The notes under the pieces: model-generated
The model's input: only the letters and a program-made list of their open reading frames with translations
Told to the model about the DNA's origin: nothing
Database searches by the model: none
Source: Tubiluchus corallicola
Taxonomy: Eukaryota; Animalia; Priapulida
DNA length: 64,000 nucleotides
Reading direction: 5' to 3'
Assembly (NCBI GenBank): GCA_030141605.1
Contig: JAQGDQ010000012.1
Coordinates: forward strand, 186,001 to 250,000
In this document: positions 1 to 59,418 of the stretch, in pieces
How the letters are laid out: every line of letters starts with the position of its first letter
How positions within the stretch are numbered: position 1 is the first letter of the stretch
Position numbers and translations under genes: made by a program

Positions 1-1759
1 CGGGATAGTTGATTGTATGGACATAGCACCCAATAGTTTATCAAACTTTTTAGAAAAATTATCTTTGCTTTTTTTCTATCTCTAACTATCTCTACAACTT
101 ACCCCAAATCCCCAAACACTACCTTCGCTTTAATGGCTTGTTCAAAGTCACAAATTCTAACAATGCAAATAACTGCGTAACCAGATCTAGTACTTTATAG
201 CACCATACGAACAACAGCTTTTAGTTGGAGTGAGATTCAATAAAAACAATAAGGTCATGGGTTAGTTAGAACTTAAAAACTATGAGAAGCTGAGCAAAGA
301 AATTTGGTTAATACATGTATTTAGTACTAGATGACAGATTTTAGTGGGGTAAATGAGAGACCTTGGGCGAGTTCAAAGTGAGAGCTATAATAACAATTCG
401 CAAGGAGTTGAACTATGAACATCCAAACATGGGCAACTTATACCATCAGAATATAAGCGATTTTGATTAAGTACCTTAAGTATGATTAAATAAATTAGAA
501 GTAGAGTTTTGGAATTCTTAATAATAAGAGCAGTGTCAGTTTCATAAATAACCCACAACATAAAATTACCTGAAAATAATTGCTAGTGTGTAGTGGAAGC
601 GTTAATTCTTTTAATGAGAATGTTTTAAATTATGACATGTTTAGCTAGATTTTGTTGATTATTACAGAATTTAGAGGATAATAATAATTATTAAGTGTAA
701 ATCAGAAAATGTGAAAATTATAACTTAAAGTGCAAACCGGTGGAAGACTCGTCGAAATTACAAAAAGCTCTGATTTTCTCAAATGATTTTGCGTTCATAT
801 CGAAATCATAAAAAGCGTTCTTGGTCATTCCTGCGTTTCGAATTTCTTGGCAGTTTCTTATTTGTTTTCTTTCTGTAAAGTAAAACAAAGCTTCACTTAG
901 GGTAGGTTCACATTTATCTGACTACATCGGCAGAAATAGATAATAGCACATTGGATTAACTGAATAGCCAGGGACCCACAAATGTGAAGATACAAACGGC
1001 TTAAACAACAGAAATGATTCGAAGGGCTATACCTCGCTTTTTCCTGCCTGGAAAGGATTGCGATGCCAGATTTTTTTATCACGATGGATCTGGTTCGCGA
1101 TTGCAGGGCCTACTTCTTCAAAGGATAAATTATTCTTGATAAGCAAGTAATACGAAAAGTAGAGCTTCCTAAGGACCATTAACACTAACTGGTGTGGCAG
1201 TAAACTCCTAAATGTCGAGATGTCCAGCTCTGAATTACATATACAGCAAAACTCAAATAAAAACAACATTAAAACTAATATAACATTGTAAAAATAATAC
1301 ACATGCAATAAAACTAACCAAGAGAACTAATTAAAGAAGAGATTAATGAATGATAAACTGCACTAAACAAAACTAATACTTAAAAATAAGAAGCTAAAAA
1401 TGGTTACATGGAATTATGCAACTGGCGGATGAAAGCACATAGTAATTGATGATGTTGTAGATTACGCCTGCTATAATACGTTTTCAGTAAGTGGGTCCAG
1501 ATCAGACAACCATCAGAGAACTAACACTACACGTACACGTACAAATGACAGTACGAATGCTTTGCAGTATCGAATATACTAAACTATCATGTCATGACTA
1601 AAAAACCTTGCTAAGGTAAAATTGTTACGTGTACGTGTATTGTACGCGTAAATGCAATATTCTTTAAGTTCAGCTATTACAGTACTGGCTAGTCTTCTTC
1701 GTCAAAGTCTCGTGCCGATTGTTGTGACGCTGAGATATTACCATTTATTAGAGAACTCC

Positions 1760-1880
1760 GCCCACTCCTACTGTAGCTAACAGCATAAGTTCTACTCCTA
1801 AAGTTTGGCTGATCTTGTTGAACATCTTTATTTATCTTGGCTATCGAAGTATTCTTGGCTAGTAAGACAGTGTTTATAGC
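1760..1880 (-). mobile_element. Second, more decayed copy of the same LINE 3' end
   Basis: Shares ttgttgaacatctttatttatctt and flanking similarity with about 6140-6260. Confidence 0.6.
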
Positions 1881-3107
1881 TAATAAGGAACAATGATGTT
1901 GCTTTTCAGCCTCTTTCCAGTCAAGACGTCATAATTTAGTATATTCAGTATTAGAAAGCGTTCGGTCATACTACTCATATCACAGTTATTAAGCAGTCAT
2001 CGTACGGCATCGCTTTGTGCAATTTTTAATTCAGATTCTATTTTATTGATAGAACTGGATCCACAGAGCACAATAACATCTAATATTCTTCAAAAGTTTT
2101 CTGCTAGATTATTCTGTAGTTGAAAAACATTATTTCTGATAATTTGATTGGTGATGCACAGGTGCAACTTTCATAAGTATACAGTACACATGCACGCATC
2201 AAACAGGAATCTATGTGTGAAGTTTGCATTTCACATTGGTGCACATGAATAGTTTTTTATTTGGCTAAGATCTATTTCACACAGATGACACGCAGCACAA
2301 TTCCTTGATGAAAATTTCCTTGCGGTGATTTCTTACGAAAATGAAACACAATGCTTTCTATGGCGCAATTCACACATGCACCTTACGAGGAATTTTCCTA
2401 GCTCTCTACCTGCTGAGTAATACACACTATGCGTCTTCCTCACGAGAAAATGCGACGCTTAGTAGAAAGGGAACATTAGCAATCCTCATGGAATTCACAT
2501 TAAAATTTTTAATCAATGACTGCTTTCTTGTTTAAGGAACAACAGTTAACACAATTCAGCACAAAATTATAAGCGTTTAATCCATTTTCATTATAAAGAC
2601 GATTTTTTGTTTTAATAATGCAATAGTGATTCTATGTATATAAAAATAACTAAGAATAATTTATGCATCTCATCATTGCATATCTATATTCTCAAAATGT
2701 GAAGTGGTTGCTAGTTACTTTAAAAATGAGCAGACGGCTTACTGTTGATTAGACCTATTAATTATTAATTTGTAGAATTTGGAACCTGGAAAGGCGTTGA
2801 GTGCAGGTGCTAGCTGGACGTGTGTAAAAACTGCGCAGTTTTTGTGTGAAATCAAGTTTCTTGCTGCTTCTGTTGATAAAATCAACTATTCCGTTCGTCA
2901 TATTCCTCGCGTCCTCTGTGCGAAACGGGCTTAATAAAGAACTGCACAAGTTGTGCACACACTGGGTCTGCCACGTGATCACTCACACCTTGCATCACTG
3001 TGTGTTTCGGATGCATATGCGTACGCTCTTATATTTTATTAACCCTATCAGGTAGGATTATTTCTCAGGCTCGTATTTTATGAATTCGAATAAACCAACA
3101 AACTTAC

Positions 3108-3263
3108 TAGCTTGTAGATGCGTCAGGTTGCAGTAAACTTCACGAGGAGTTTCCAGGTATTCAAAGCCGTCTGGATCAACATAATAATATCCGTCTTCCA
3201 TGTATCCAGCATTTCTGATGTCTTGACAGCTTTTAAATGTAGTTATTCTTTGTCCAATAAAAT
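3108..3263 (-). CDS. Second fibrinogen-related-like module exon of the same gene
   Basis: 156 nt, phase 1-1, tttag acceptor and gtaagt donor. FKSCQDIRNAGYMEDGYYYVDPDGFEYLETPREVYCNL is clearly paralogous to 4616-4795. Confidence 0.8.
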
Positions 3264-4242
3264 CTAAAGTTGCGTATGCTTAGTTTAGTTCAATAGTTTC
3301 GTTACAATAAGTATTTAAATTACTGTTTAATAACTGTTTTATGGGACAACCATAGTAACTTAACTGCTCTTTCGTCTTCATCACTGTAATCTATTTAAAT
3401 AAGGCATTTTTTTACTGTGTATCTCTGTATTTTCTAACCACGAAAATTTTCATGTGAATTGTTAAATAAATATTCTTGCTATAAATTGAACAAAAATCTT
3501 AAATCTTATCCTTTAGTAGTGTTTGGTAAAAATTAATTCCTTGTCGACGCTTTTCTTGTCTCAAATTTTTAGTACCTAAGTGCAACTGACGATGAAATCA
3601 GTAAACTTTGAAACGTTTTAAGCGTTTTATCCGTAAAATATTGTATGTTTATTAAGCTTGGTGTTTTTATAGATAAGTCGACTTCTGTTTCCATGCAATT
3701 AATATTTAGTGTCACGTTAGTAGCGTGGCAACCCTAGTTTGCCATTGATTAGTTTTCCGGAGAGCCTTTAATCACTGTAAAACAATTACTAAAATTTATA
3801 TACTAAATTAAAATTTTCTTTCCTGCGAATCGACAACAATTGTAGGTTATGAAGGTCATCGTAATTACATTTGCTCTGCGTATTTCATTATTAAACATTG
3901 TTTATTCCATCTACTGTTGTTTAATCACAAAAGAATTGAACGTGGTAGTACACATGTATTATAAAGGTGCTAGTAGTCATACTCTAAACACTCGAATTCT
4001 ACGAGCATCTTACTGAAAAAACTGGAATGGCGCTTAACATTTACTTGGTACTTTTCCACCTTTCGTTGCTAATAATTCTTATTACGAGCCTACAGTTTGT
4101 TTATGGCACAAATGTTACACTCTTAAACTTCCAAAAAAGTTTCAGATATTACAGTTACAACACGTTAGCCAAGGTTTATGATATGTGCACTGCAGTGAAT
4201 GACAGCTCAGTAACAGGATCTTATTACGCCAGTAAGGAGGGA

Positions 4243-4328
4243 ACTCTCTCTCTCACACACACACACACACACGCACGCACGCACGCACGCACACACACTC
4301 ACTCACTCACTCACGTACACTCATTCAG

Positions 4329-4412
<84 letters not shown>

Positions 4413-4418
4413 TCTCTC
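4243..4418. repeat. Compound (CA)n/(CACG)n/(CT)n microsatellite
   Basis: Direct reading. Confidence 0.95.
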
Positions 4419-4615
4419 CCGCCTTATCTTCTTCCCTCCTTCACCCTCTGTACCCTTACTGCCAGTCAGTTTATCTAACTGTCACTCTAAACTACATCAA
4501 TACTGTAAAATTCATTTAATTCAGTCAGTCAGTTCCTGCGAAAATTGTGTAAAAAAAATAGCACCGTTCCCTCTGAAACAGGTATTACATAAATTAGTTA
4601 ATTTACTGTTCTTAC

Positions 4616-4795
4616 CCAGATATTCTAAGCCCAAGTCTGACAGTTTGCAATAGATCTCTATAGGTGCTTTTCCAAATCCTGAACCATCTATGTCAATGTA
4701 ATACAAACCATCGTCAGTGTATCCGGCCTGCTTTATTTCAGCACAGTTTTTATAAGTTCTCTTAACTGGTCCAGCGGTATTTACCGGCAAGCTTG
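4616..4795 (-). CDS. Exon encoding a fibrinogen-related/Caspr-type N-terminal module (C..IK.AG...DG.YYID.DG...P..IYC)
   Basis: 180 nt, phase 1-1, tttag acceptor and gtaaga donor. Translation includes YKNCAEIKQAGYTDDGLYYIDIDGSGFGKAPIEIYCKL. Confidence 0.8.
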
Positions 4796-5368
4796 CTAAA
4801 ACATAATAATATTTATATTAGGGTTACAAAGCGACACACTCACGACATTGGCAATAAGTCGATGCTTATAATGAATCACGCTTTAATAATGCATTAAGTA
4901 GCAATAAACAAATCGTTTTCTCCGGAAAAGGGTTTTCAGTTTCTTTATTGCGGAACTTTACCGTTACACAGACCACATTCATTACTTTTGAAAAAATTAG
5001 AATGCGTAGAATTTAATAAATTTTCAATTAATGTCATACAAGTTATTAAGATTTTGCAATTTGCAATATCAAAATGTTCTTGAATTTCATTCATTTTATT
5101 CTTCTTCTTCATCCTTTGTGCGCCGAGGTTTTGCTTAATAATTACAAAAGTACGCAAGTTAGCCCACGAAACTAGTGTAAGCAATAGATTTCAAAGGGTC
5201 AAATTATTCTAACAAATATATTTAGAGTGGGGAACTATTAAAAGTGGTGTATGCACGACACAATACTAGGCCCCTTGTTGTTTAACATAATTATGTAATT
5301 AATATAACAACAACAGTAAAAAGAGATAAAATTATTTCACGAGCCGATGATACTTCCATTTACACGCA

Positions 5369-5369
5369 T

Positions 5370-5400
<31 letters not shown>

Positions 5401-5417
5401 AGAGAGCGAGAGAGAGC
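5369..5417. repeat. (AT)n plus (GA)n microsatellite
   Basis: Direct reading. Confidence 0.9.
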
Positions 5418-6124
5418 AATGTGAAAAAGCTTGACACTATACTTGACCAACAAAAGTTGCAGATGCATTTACGATGACATGTTTGCGCGAAAAGAAAGAC
5501 TAGATCAAAATAATGATATAAACGTTCATGTGATAATACTAACTACAAATACAAATATCAGGATAATTTAACAATCTAAACACAAGATTTTATTACAAGC
5601 AGAAATTGATAACAAACTAAATTGGGGTGGACTGAGCAGTCTGCTTAGGCTACATAATACAAAAAATGGGTATCGTTCTTTAAACAAGTAAAAGGATAAA
5701 AGGCCTATATAGAAAAATACTAATTTGTAATTTTTTTACCCTTGTCTAGTTTCTTCAAAACATTTCATAAATGTCTACGGATAAGCTTAATTAAATGCAG
5801 CACTATACATAAATAATACTCTTTGGAAATTCAGTCTATTTTTCCAGGCTGTAAATGATGCTAGACGCAAATTAGGAATCCCTGTAACAGAATCAATAAT
5901 ACAATAATTCCTTAGTCTTACTCTTTAGTAGCACAAATTAAATATGTAATAATAAACAAAAAGTCCGATTTAGAGGTATACGTATAATTAGAATTAGGAG
6001 TAAGCCTACAAGTCAGCGCAAATTAACACAAGATCAGCGCTCAAATTTTGACAAATTTAAAACAAATAATGAAAAGCCGAGATGGAAAAACTCGTATGTT
6101 GTCATATAGACATTGAGGCATTAA

Positions 6125-7370
6125 ATGCTTAGAGCATTCCACCCATTCCTGTCTGCAGATAGCCGTCTAAGTTCTTCTGCTCCTAAGGCTGGATTAGGTT
6201 GAAGTTGTTGAACATCTTTATTTATCTTAGGTATCCAAATTATTTTTGGTTAGCCAAGTGTTTTTTATAAGGTTTTAAGACTTCTTCTAAGGCGATTATT
6301 ACTGGTGTTTCACTGGGTAATCTGAGAAGGTGCCCTAAGCATCTTAATATCGGAGCTTGACTTGAGTTCAAGGAATTTCTTTCATTCTAGTGTATAAATC
6401 TTAATTTTTGATTATGAGCGACCATCGGTGTGCGGTAAAAATGGCACAAGAAAAATGGGACGGTGAAAATGCCACAGGAAAAAATGGCACAAATGGAAAA
6501 GCAGGTAAAATGGCACAGAAAAAATGGCACAAATGGAAAACTAGATAAAAATGTCACAGAAAAAAATGTCAAAAATGGAAAAGTAGGAAAAATGGTACTA
6601 AATTTTATTTTGATGCAACTGATTTCTATAATGAAACTAGAATGTTCTCAGTAGGAAGCAGAACTCTGCCAAAGCCGAACAATCCAAAACTTATTCGTCT
6701 GATTCTTTTGATTAAAAAAATCAACACAAAGTTACGCAAGCAAAGATACAAAAATGTATATGTATTGGCATTATATAGACGAACAAAAGGCTCACAAAAT
6801 ATTTGATAATTAAAATAGATTTATAATCAATAATGCACAAATGTTCCACATAGTGCTTATTTACCTTTCAACCATTAATTTTGGCGATAGTAATAGACTG
6901 CCAAATATATACGTACCAAGCTACCTTATAAGACTATACACATTAATAAAAAAAAGGTTGAAGAAGCGTTACGCCGTTTTACAAACGAGAATTTCTCTAA
7001 ATGAAACTGGGACGAACTCGTACTTGTTTGTCCAGGTGGAGATAACAAAAGAAGTACTAAACATCTCTCTGAGGCCTCCACGAAGTGTTTCACGAATTTT
7101 TTGTATATGGTATTCGGGTCAAGTTTAGTGAAAAAAGAACCCTAAGTATCCCTAAACACATATTTTACTAAGTGTGCCATCTTTTCCTGTTCCATTTTTA
7201 CTTTCTTTTCCATTTGTGCCATTTTTTCCTGTGCCATTTTTACTGCGCCAATTTTCCTTTGCCATTTTTACCTACATTCACGACCATCTTATCTGTGAAA
7301 GCTTCATTAAGAAACTTCTATGAATTGTGTCAATTTGCTTTTCTTGAGTGATTGTGAAAGCTCATCTTTT
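6125..7370 (-). mobile_element. Degenerate RTE-like non-LTR retrotransposon 3' fragment, interrupted by the MITE
   Basis: Interrupted frames read IDTIHRSFLMKLSQIRWS / LIIKN*DLYTR, LRCLGHLLRLPSETP and WIPKINKD..RRLSADRNGW, typical of the C-terminal part of RTE-type RT ORFs. Confidence 0.75.
6427..7279. mobile_element. Non-autonomous TIR element (Mutator/Foldback-like MITE) with subrepeated arms
   Basis: Left arm ggtgtgcggtaaaaatggca with tandem AAAAATGGCACA units; right arm is the inverted TGTGCCATTTTT array. Flanked by a 9-bp direct repeat with one mismatch: gcgaccatc (6418-6426) and acgaccatc (7280-7288). Confidence 0.85.
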
Positions 7371-8080
7371 TTCACTATGTACATAAATATGCTGGTAACG
7401 TATGCATTAAATAATCGCAGTCTTGAACTAAGACTCAATTTCTAGCTAATTAATACATTCTTTCACTGAAGAAAAGCCGAAAAACCAGAAAAAAGAAATA
7501 TCTAAGTAAACCAGTCAAAACAGAAAAATGTAAAATTGAAATTGGTAAGACCAGCCATGGGAGATGTGTATTTCAGAAATGACTTTTAAAATTTACTAGA
7601 CAGCTGGAGGGAGCTTTGAAGATATAAAAAAATTGAGTTGGGACAATTGGTTACAACTGAACCAAAACGTGGAAAGTGTTATAAGAAAGTTAAAAAACTA
7701 TACAGTGGAGTTAGCGTTTACAGTTTGATAACAACACACTGATGATATTACTCACCAAAGCAAATATTTTTTGCCAAAGAAATTTCAAGTTCAACACAGT
7801 ATCAACGTGCTTGACATATTTGTGGGCCTACACTCGGAGTTAGAGAAATTAAGATACCATTTACGTATAAGTGTAATGTGAAGCACTTGTATACATTTAA
7901 GAGACAAAGTACCCAGCAAACATGTAGAAAAACCATGTGCTTAACAAATTGAAAGTTTTGGGAACACTGAAAGAGAAACCGCTTAGTTTAAAGACATGGT
8001 ACATTTAGATGATAATAATTCATGTAATCGTAATGAGAATAAGATACACAAAGATAACAAAAAATAACATTGCGACTTAC

Positions 8081-8168
8081 CGACGTCATTACATTTGTCA
8101 AAAACAGATGAGCAGGAATATTCAAATGACAACACAAAGGTGAAGCATAACCAAAAGACCACCGCCAT
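8081..8168 (-). CDS. Probable first (signal peptide) exon of the fibrinogen-related-module gene
   Basis: MAVVFWLCFTFVLSFEYSCSSVFDKCNDV has a hydrophobic N-terminus and ends in a phase-1 G|gtaagt donor compatible with the 4616-4795 exon. The linkage is inferred. Confidence 0.5.
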
Positions 8169-9470
8169 ACGTAATGGTTAACCGAATTAATTTGAGCACA
8201 GGAAATGTATATATATATATGTATGTTCTGTAATATTCTAGCATTAAATACTGTATACACACTTCTCGCGCAAAATAATTGTTGGTACAGCTGTGTCTGA
8301 AACAGTTGTATAAAATTATGTAGTTTAAAAGAATTAACAGTTGGAATTAGTCAACTATAGCTAAAATCAAGCTATGCCGTATTGTTTTGGCGGTGCTTGA
8401 GTGATTCAATACGTTGTTTCTACTTTAATACAGTCGATGCTACCGACGAGAGCGAAACCGGCTGATACCAGCAGGTTATAACGTAATTGTAATTATTTGT
8501 GATTAACGCAAATATCGCGTCACTGACGAATGCACAGATTCTGAGATGTATAAACACTAGTTTATACCATAAACTATGGTACACTATGTATAAACCATAA
8601 TCCTAAATGGCACCTTTTACATTGTATTTTGCAGATTTTAAACATAAGATATAATTACGACAGCAAACGATTTTAGGAACATGTGGCGATTAAAGTCTGC
8701 TACCAATTTACAACTAAACGATGTGTGCAGAGCAGCAGTTACTGGTCTGTTAAGAAAACTAGACACCTCCCCGGTGAAATCTAAAGTGATCATTTTACCT
8801 ATACTGCTAAAAAAATTCGTGAGAACCAAACGAAAGACCAGCCGTTTTAATGATACGCCATTAAGTGTTATTTCTACGAGTGTTATAAATGGGTTAAAGG
8901 TCTACTTTTTTCTACGTGATAGAGAAAATACTTTTACTATGGGCTGCATAGGCTACTTTGTTGATCATTTAATTACATTCCAGATAAAAATCTTGTTATT
9001 GTGATTTCTTGTGTGTTAATAAATAAAGTTACATTATTTCAAAAGAAAAAATTAACAGCTAGCTAATCACGCAATTTTGCTTGGTAATATCCAACGTCAA
9101 TAACATGCAGTATACGCAAACGTAGACATTCTACTGGCATTTCACCTGCATTGAACTAAAAAATTATTTATAGTTAAGTTTTAAACTTAAAGCCTCGCTT
9201 TTTACGCGGTTTGAGTAAAACCGGACTAATAGTAATTAACCGTCTTTAGTCTTACGCACATTGGTATACAATCTTAAGAGCATACATTTGAAGAGTTCCA
9301 TTTCTAGTTTTTTTTTACTTTTCTTCTTCATCACATGTTGTTACAGTGCTAGTGCGTGTAAATGCATTCGTAATTTTTCATTTAGTTATTGTTGAATCAG
9401 CTACATCAATAACATAACCTGCTTCTGCCACTTCTTTACTTTGCAAGTCTGTTTTCTCTACTGGAAGTGG

Positions 9471-18440
<8,970 letters not shown>

Positions 18441-18719
18441 AACGCAAACAAGACTACGATAATAATAGCCTGCACTTCTGGTGCAGTATCTATTAGTGAT
18501 AATTATGTCGTCACGGTAGTATAAAGGATGAAAGGACTATAGACACCATTGTGACGTCAACATATGACTCCAAAGTCTTTATTAATTTTTCATTTAGGAC
18601 TTGCACAATGGGTAGCGTAACCAACAGCAATTGTTTTAAAGCTCCACTAGCGAAGAACTAATAATATAATAGTAAACGTATTTGTCGCGAAAACGTTCGA
18701 AAACAAAGGAAATGAACAG

Positions 18720-19330
18720 CATAGGGAATCTGTTATTACCAAATGATTCATAGTATGTAATTATACAATCATGTATTCGTTTCGTTCCAAATTAACGCCT
18801 TTAAAGCTACTACATATAAAATGGCCTGATGGAATATCCTATGATGTGATGAAAACTTTTTGGCAAATTAAGAACAATGAACATCATACTCTTGCTGATA
18901 TGTTGCCCTAAGATCATCACTATATAACACAAGATGTCGTTATTTAGAACGTTGGTCAGACATGATTGATTTACACAGGGACACTAATTTGGAATCAACT
19001 ACTTGTTTGTATATCAGTATATGTCATTGTGCAAATGCGAAAGCGTTTACCAATTAAGTAAAAACACTTTCAATATGAATATTTCTTTTAAACATTGAAT
19101 TACAGTATGATAAATAATACAATTTAAGGATTTAAGCTAAATGTGTTAACTGTAAATTTATATATGTCTAGTATTCAAGCTTGGAAGTTTTGCAAACTCT
19201 CTAAGCAATTTGTTCTACAAGTACAGTGTACCTGAAGTATTGTTTTACGCTACCTCTTAACACTGTTAACACAGGACCCTGTTCTAAACAAACACTGTGC
19301 TCATTCAGGTTTATACTGTTTAAAAATTTG
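18720..19330 (+). mobile_element. Possible decayed CR1/L2-like LINE 3' end
   Basis: Remnant motifs resembling H.Y.TR and YTGTLIWNQL..., heavily interrupted. Confidence 0.35.
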
Positions 19331-22161
19331 GTATAAAAATAACAGTAATAATGTCCGAGAGAGGAACTTAATAAGCATTGTCATTTTTGACTTAGTGTGT
19401 AGCAGTTTTAAAATAATTTAAATCGCTGCGTTTCTGGAAACGTCCAGAAACAAGGATTAGGTCATTAGGATTACGGTCAAGTATTGGTTAAATTTATTTG
19501 TTAATACATACTGGCACCGTATCCGCAATACCTCTTTCCGCTGTAAATAAGCAGTAGGTTTTGAAAATAAAAACACCAAACTATGTTCATTTTATTTCAA
19601 TGCACTTTTACGGACTTAATTACGCCAACGTATAGCATCAATATTTGCAGAATGGGAATTTACATACTGAATACTGTAAATAGAATAACTCACTCCTTTG
19701 CTGATTTTGCAATTTTACTGAATTGAACTGAATCGCCTAGGAACGAATAATGAACTATACAAATTTATTACTAGTTGGTAGGCCTTAACTAATAAATATC
19801 AGTAAACTTTCAAAGAATGTTCAAGAAATAAACTAACAGATGGAACAGGCCCATACACCGCCATCCTGCTCAAAGTTGAAGGGCCATGCAAACTGAAGGC
19901 GACTACATGGGGTTCACAGATTCCCAGTAAATTACACATTATGACAAAACAGTTTATATTTAGTAATGAATAATGATTATAACTTTATAACTGTTGCGGG
20001 GTGCCACAAGAACAGAATAGAGTACCAAGAAGCCAAGCTTACGTTTTCAGAGCTGCTCTTAATTTAGATATGTATAATAAACCCACGGCCAGTATGCATA
20101 ATAAAAATTAGCATCCATAAAAATATAAAATTTTTAGAAACATGTTACTCTGCCAAATATTGAAATTATTAATACGCAAAGGTGCCTGCAATTTAAGCAT
20201 TGGGTTTTAGAGTGCCGCCAATAATAATGCACTTTTGAAGGTACACACACACACTAAATATAATTGTTAATATATAATTACCAATACTTTTATAACTTAT
20301 ATTGTCAATTATATTGATGATCATCATAGTCCATAAGAAACATAAATTTAACTGATGATTGAGGATATAATTGACAACAATGGATGCTGACAACGCATGT
20401 CGTGTACCCCTTACAATTCTCAGTAGTTTGAAAACTTGTTCTACATTTGAACAATATTGAACAGATATGGTCTGGACACAGCAGCACCAGGTATCATGCG
20501 TCGTGTCCAATGGGAACAAATCCTTAGTTCAAACAACTAGGACACAATAATTCATACATCCTGCTACTAAACCTAAACAAACCCCAATTTGTAAAAATTT
20601 CAAAACAGTTGTGTAACAGCATACCTGGGTAGTAGCTCACAATTACAGAGACAAGTATCATTAAATTTATAACTACATTTATACAAATAATATCTAAAGT
20701 TTTTATGATTGTCATCGTCTTTGATAATTAATGCTACGCCTGAATTGTAAATGTTAGAACTTATCTTTTGATATTGTCTTTGCACAATAACATCATAAAT
20801 ATTCAGTGTTGTATTTAAAATTAACATTAAGGTATTATCTGCTGCAGGAAACAACATGTTACCTATTGCTAAAAACTAAACACAGTCACAACCATTAACA
20901 AAATTCACAAACAAATAACTTAAATGGTATAAATTAGTAATAACTTACTATACATAATAATAACAATAAAAACAATTTTTACTTTGCAACCTGTCTTAGA
21001 GGATGAAACTTATAGCACCTTTAAACAAAATAAGTTTTTTACATTAACATATCACGGGTGTAACATTAAAATAATAAATAACACACTTTGCTTACTATAC
21101 ATGTATAATAGTGTAGTTATAGCAACATTGGTTTTAATTTTATTATTACATGCATGAAGACATTAGTTTTCTTGATACAGTTACTAGATATCCATTACAG
21201 TGCTGACAAATTAAACATACCTTTTTACAAGATTTTTTAATATATAAACAACCGAAACTTATAATTTAATTGCTGCTTTTAGACTTTGTCTGATTAGTAT
21301 GCTGCAATAAATTCAAAATTCTTATTAATGATACAATACATTATATTGTATTTATAAGTCTTTACTGCACGAAGCATTCATTAGTCCACAGATATATAAG
21401 TTACAGAATAAATATATATGGATATGTACTGTACACAATATTTACAAATGTAATAATATTCATTTGGACGAAGAAGATTAACATAGCTTAAAATATCATT
21501 TGGTACAGCACATGCTTAATACTGCATTTCTAGAATAGATATTTGTTTTAAAGTGTGTCCTATGACGGAAGTTTCCCAAACATCGGCACTCTCACACACT
21601 GAATTATAAAATCTCTTGTCAGCTATTATACATACTCTGAACAACATGAGATAAAACAGTTTTGACTAGAGATAAATCACTTTTGCTTGATTTTTGCTGT
21701 CGTACATTAGTGACTGAAATTGTTGATCACAGACATCAAATACTGAATAAACCATGACATCAATTTGAAGCTGTAATCAACAAAAATTTAGCTTAACGTT
21801 AATAATTATTAGAGTTATATGGGCCAGCCAAACTGACAATGCTGCATACATAATTATGCATGTGGCTTAAACAAAACAAAGTAGGAGAAACAACAAACGT
21901 TCTTGCCTACATCAACTATATCTAATGTTAGATAATATTCTGCTTTTCATTTTTTTTTTGATAACTTAAATGCAATTTTTCTAAGAAAGTACTCCATCTC
22001 AGCTAAGAACGTGAAGTAATTTTATGCTAAAAGTACTGTACAGCTGTTCACTTTATAGACACCTACCACACACAAAGTCGTCTACATGTTTTTTAATCTA
22101 GGCTGATTATCTTGCTTTACTAAAGAAACTTGCATAAATCAGCCAAATCATCCCCTTCTAG

Positions 22162-59418
<37,257 letters not shown>

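Noticed and set aside
4027-4653. 208-aa plus-strand ORF and the similar SL/ER-repeat ORFs at 15882-16095, 16620-17075 and 42847-43217
   Set aside because: They are open only because dinucleotide microsatellites lack stop codons.
6430-6600. Short repeat array superficially like a CRISPR array, with ORFs 6387-6572 and 6463-6654
   Set aside because: No unique spacers, eukaryotic context, and it is one arm of a TIR element.
7756-7885. Possible internal exon of the fibrinogen-like gene (gtgagt donor at 7750-7755)
   Set aside because: Frames compatible with the phase-1 upstream exon contain TGA stops; no consistent model found.
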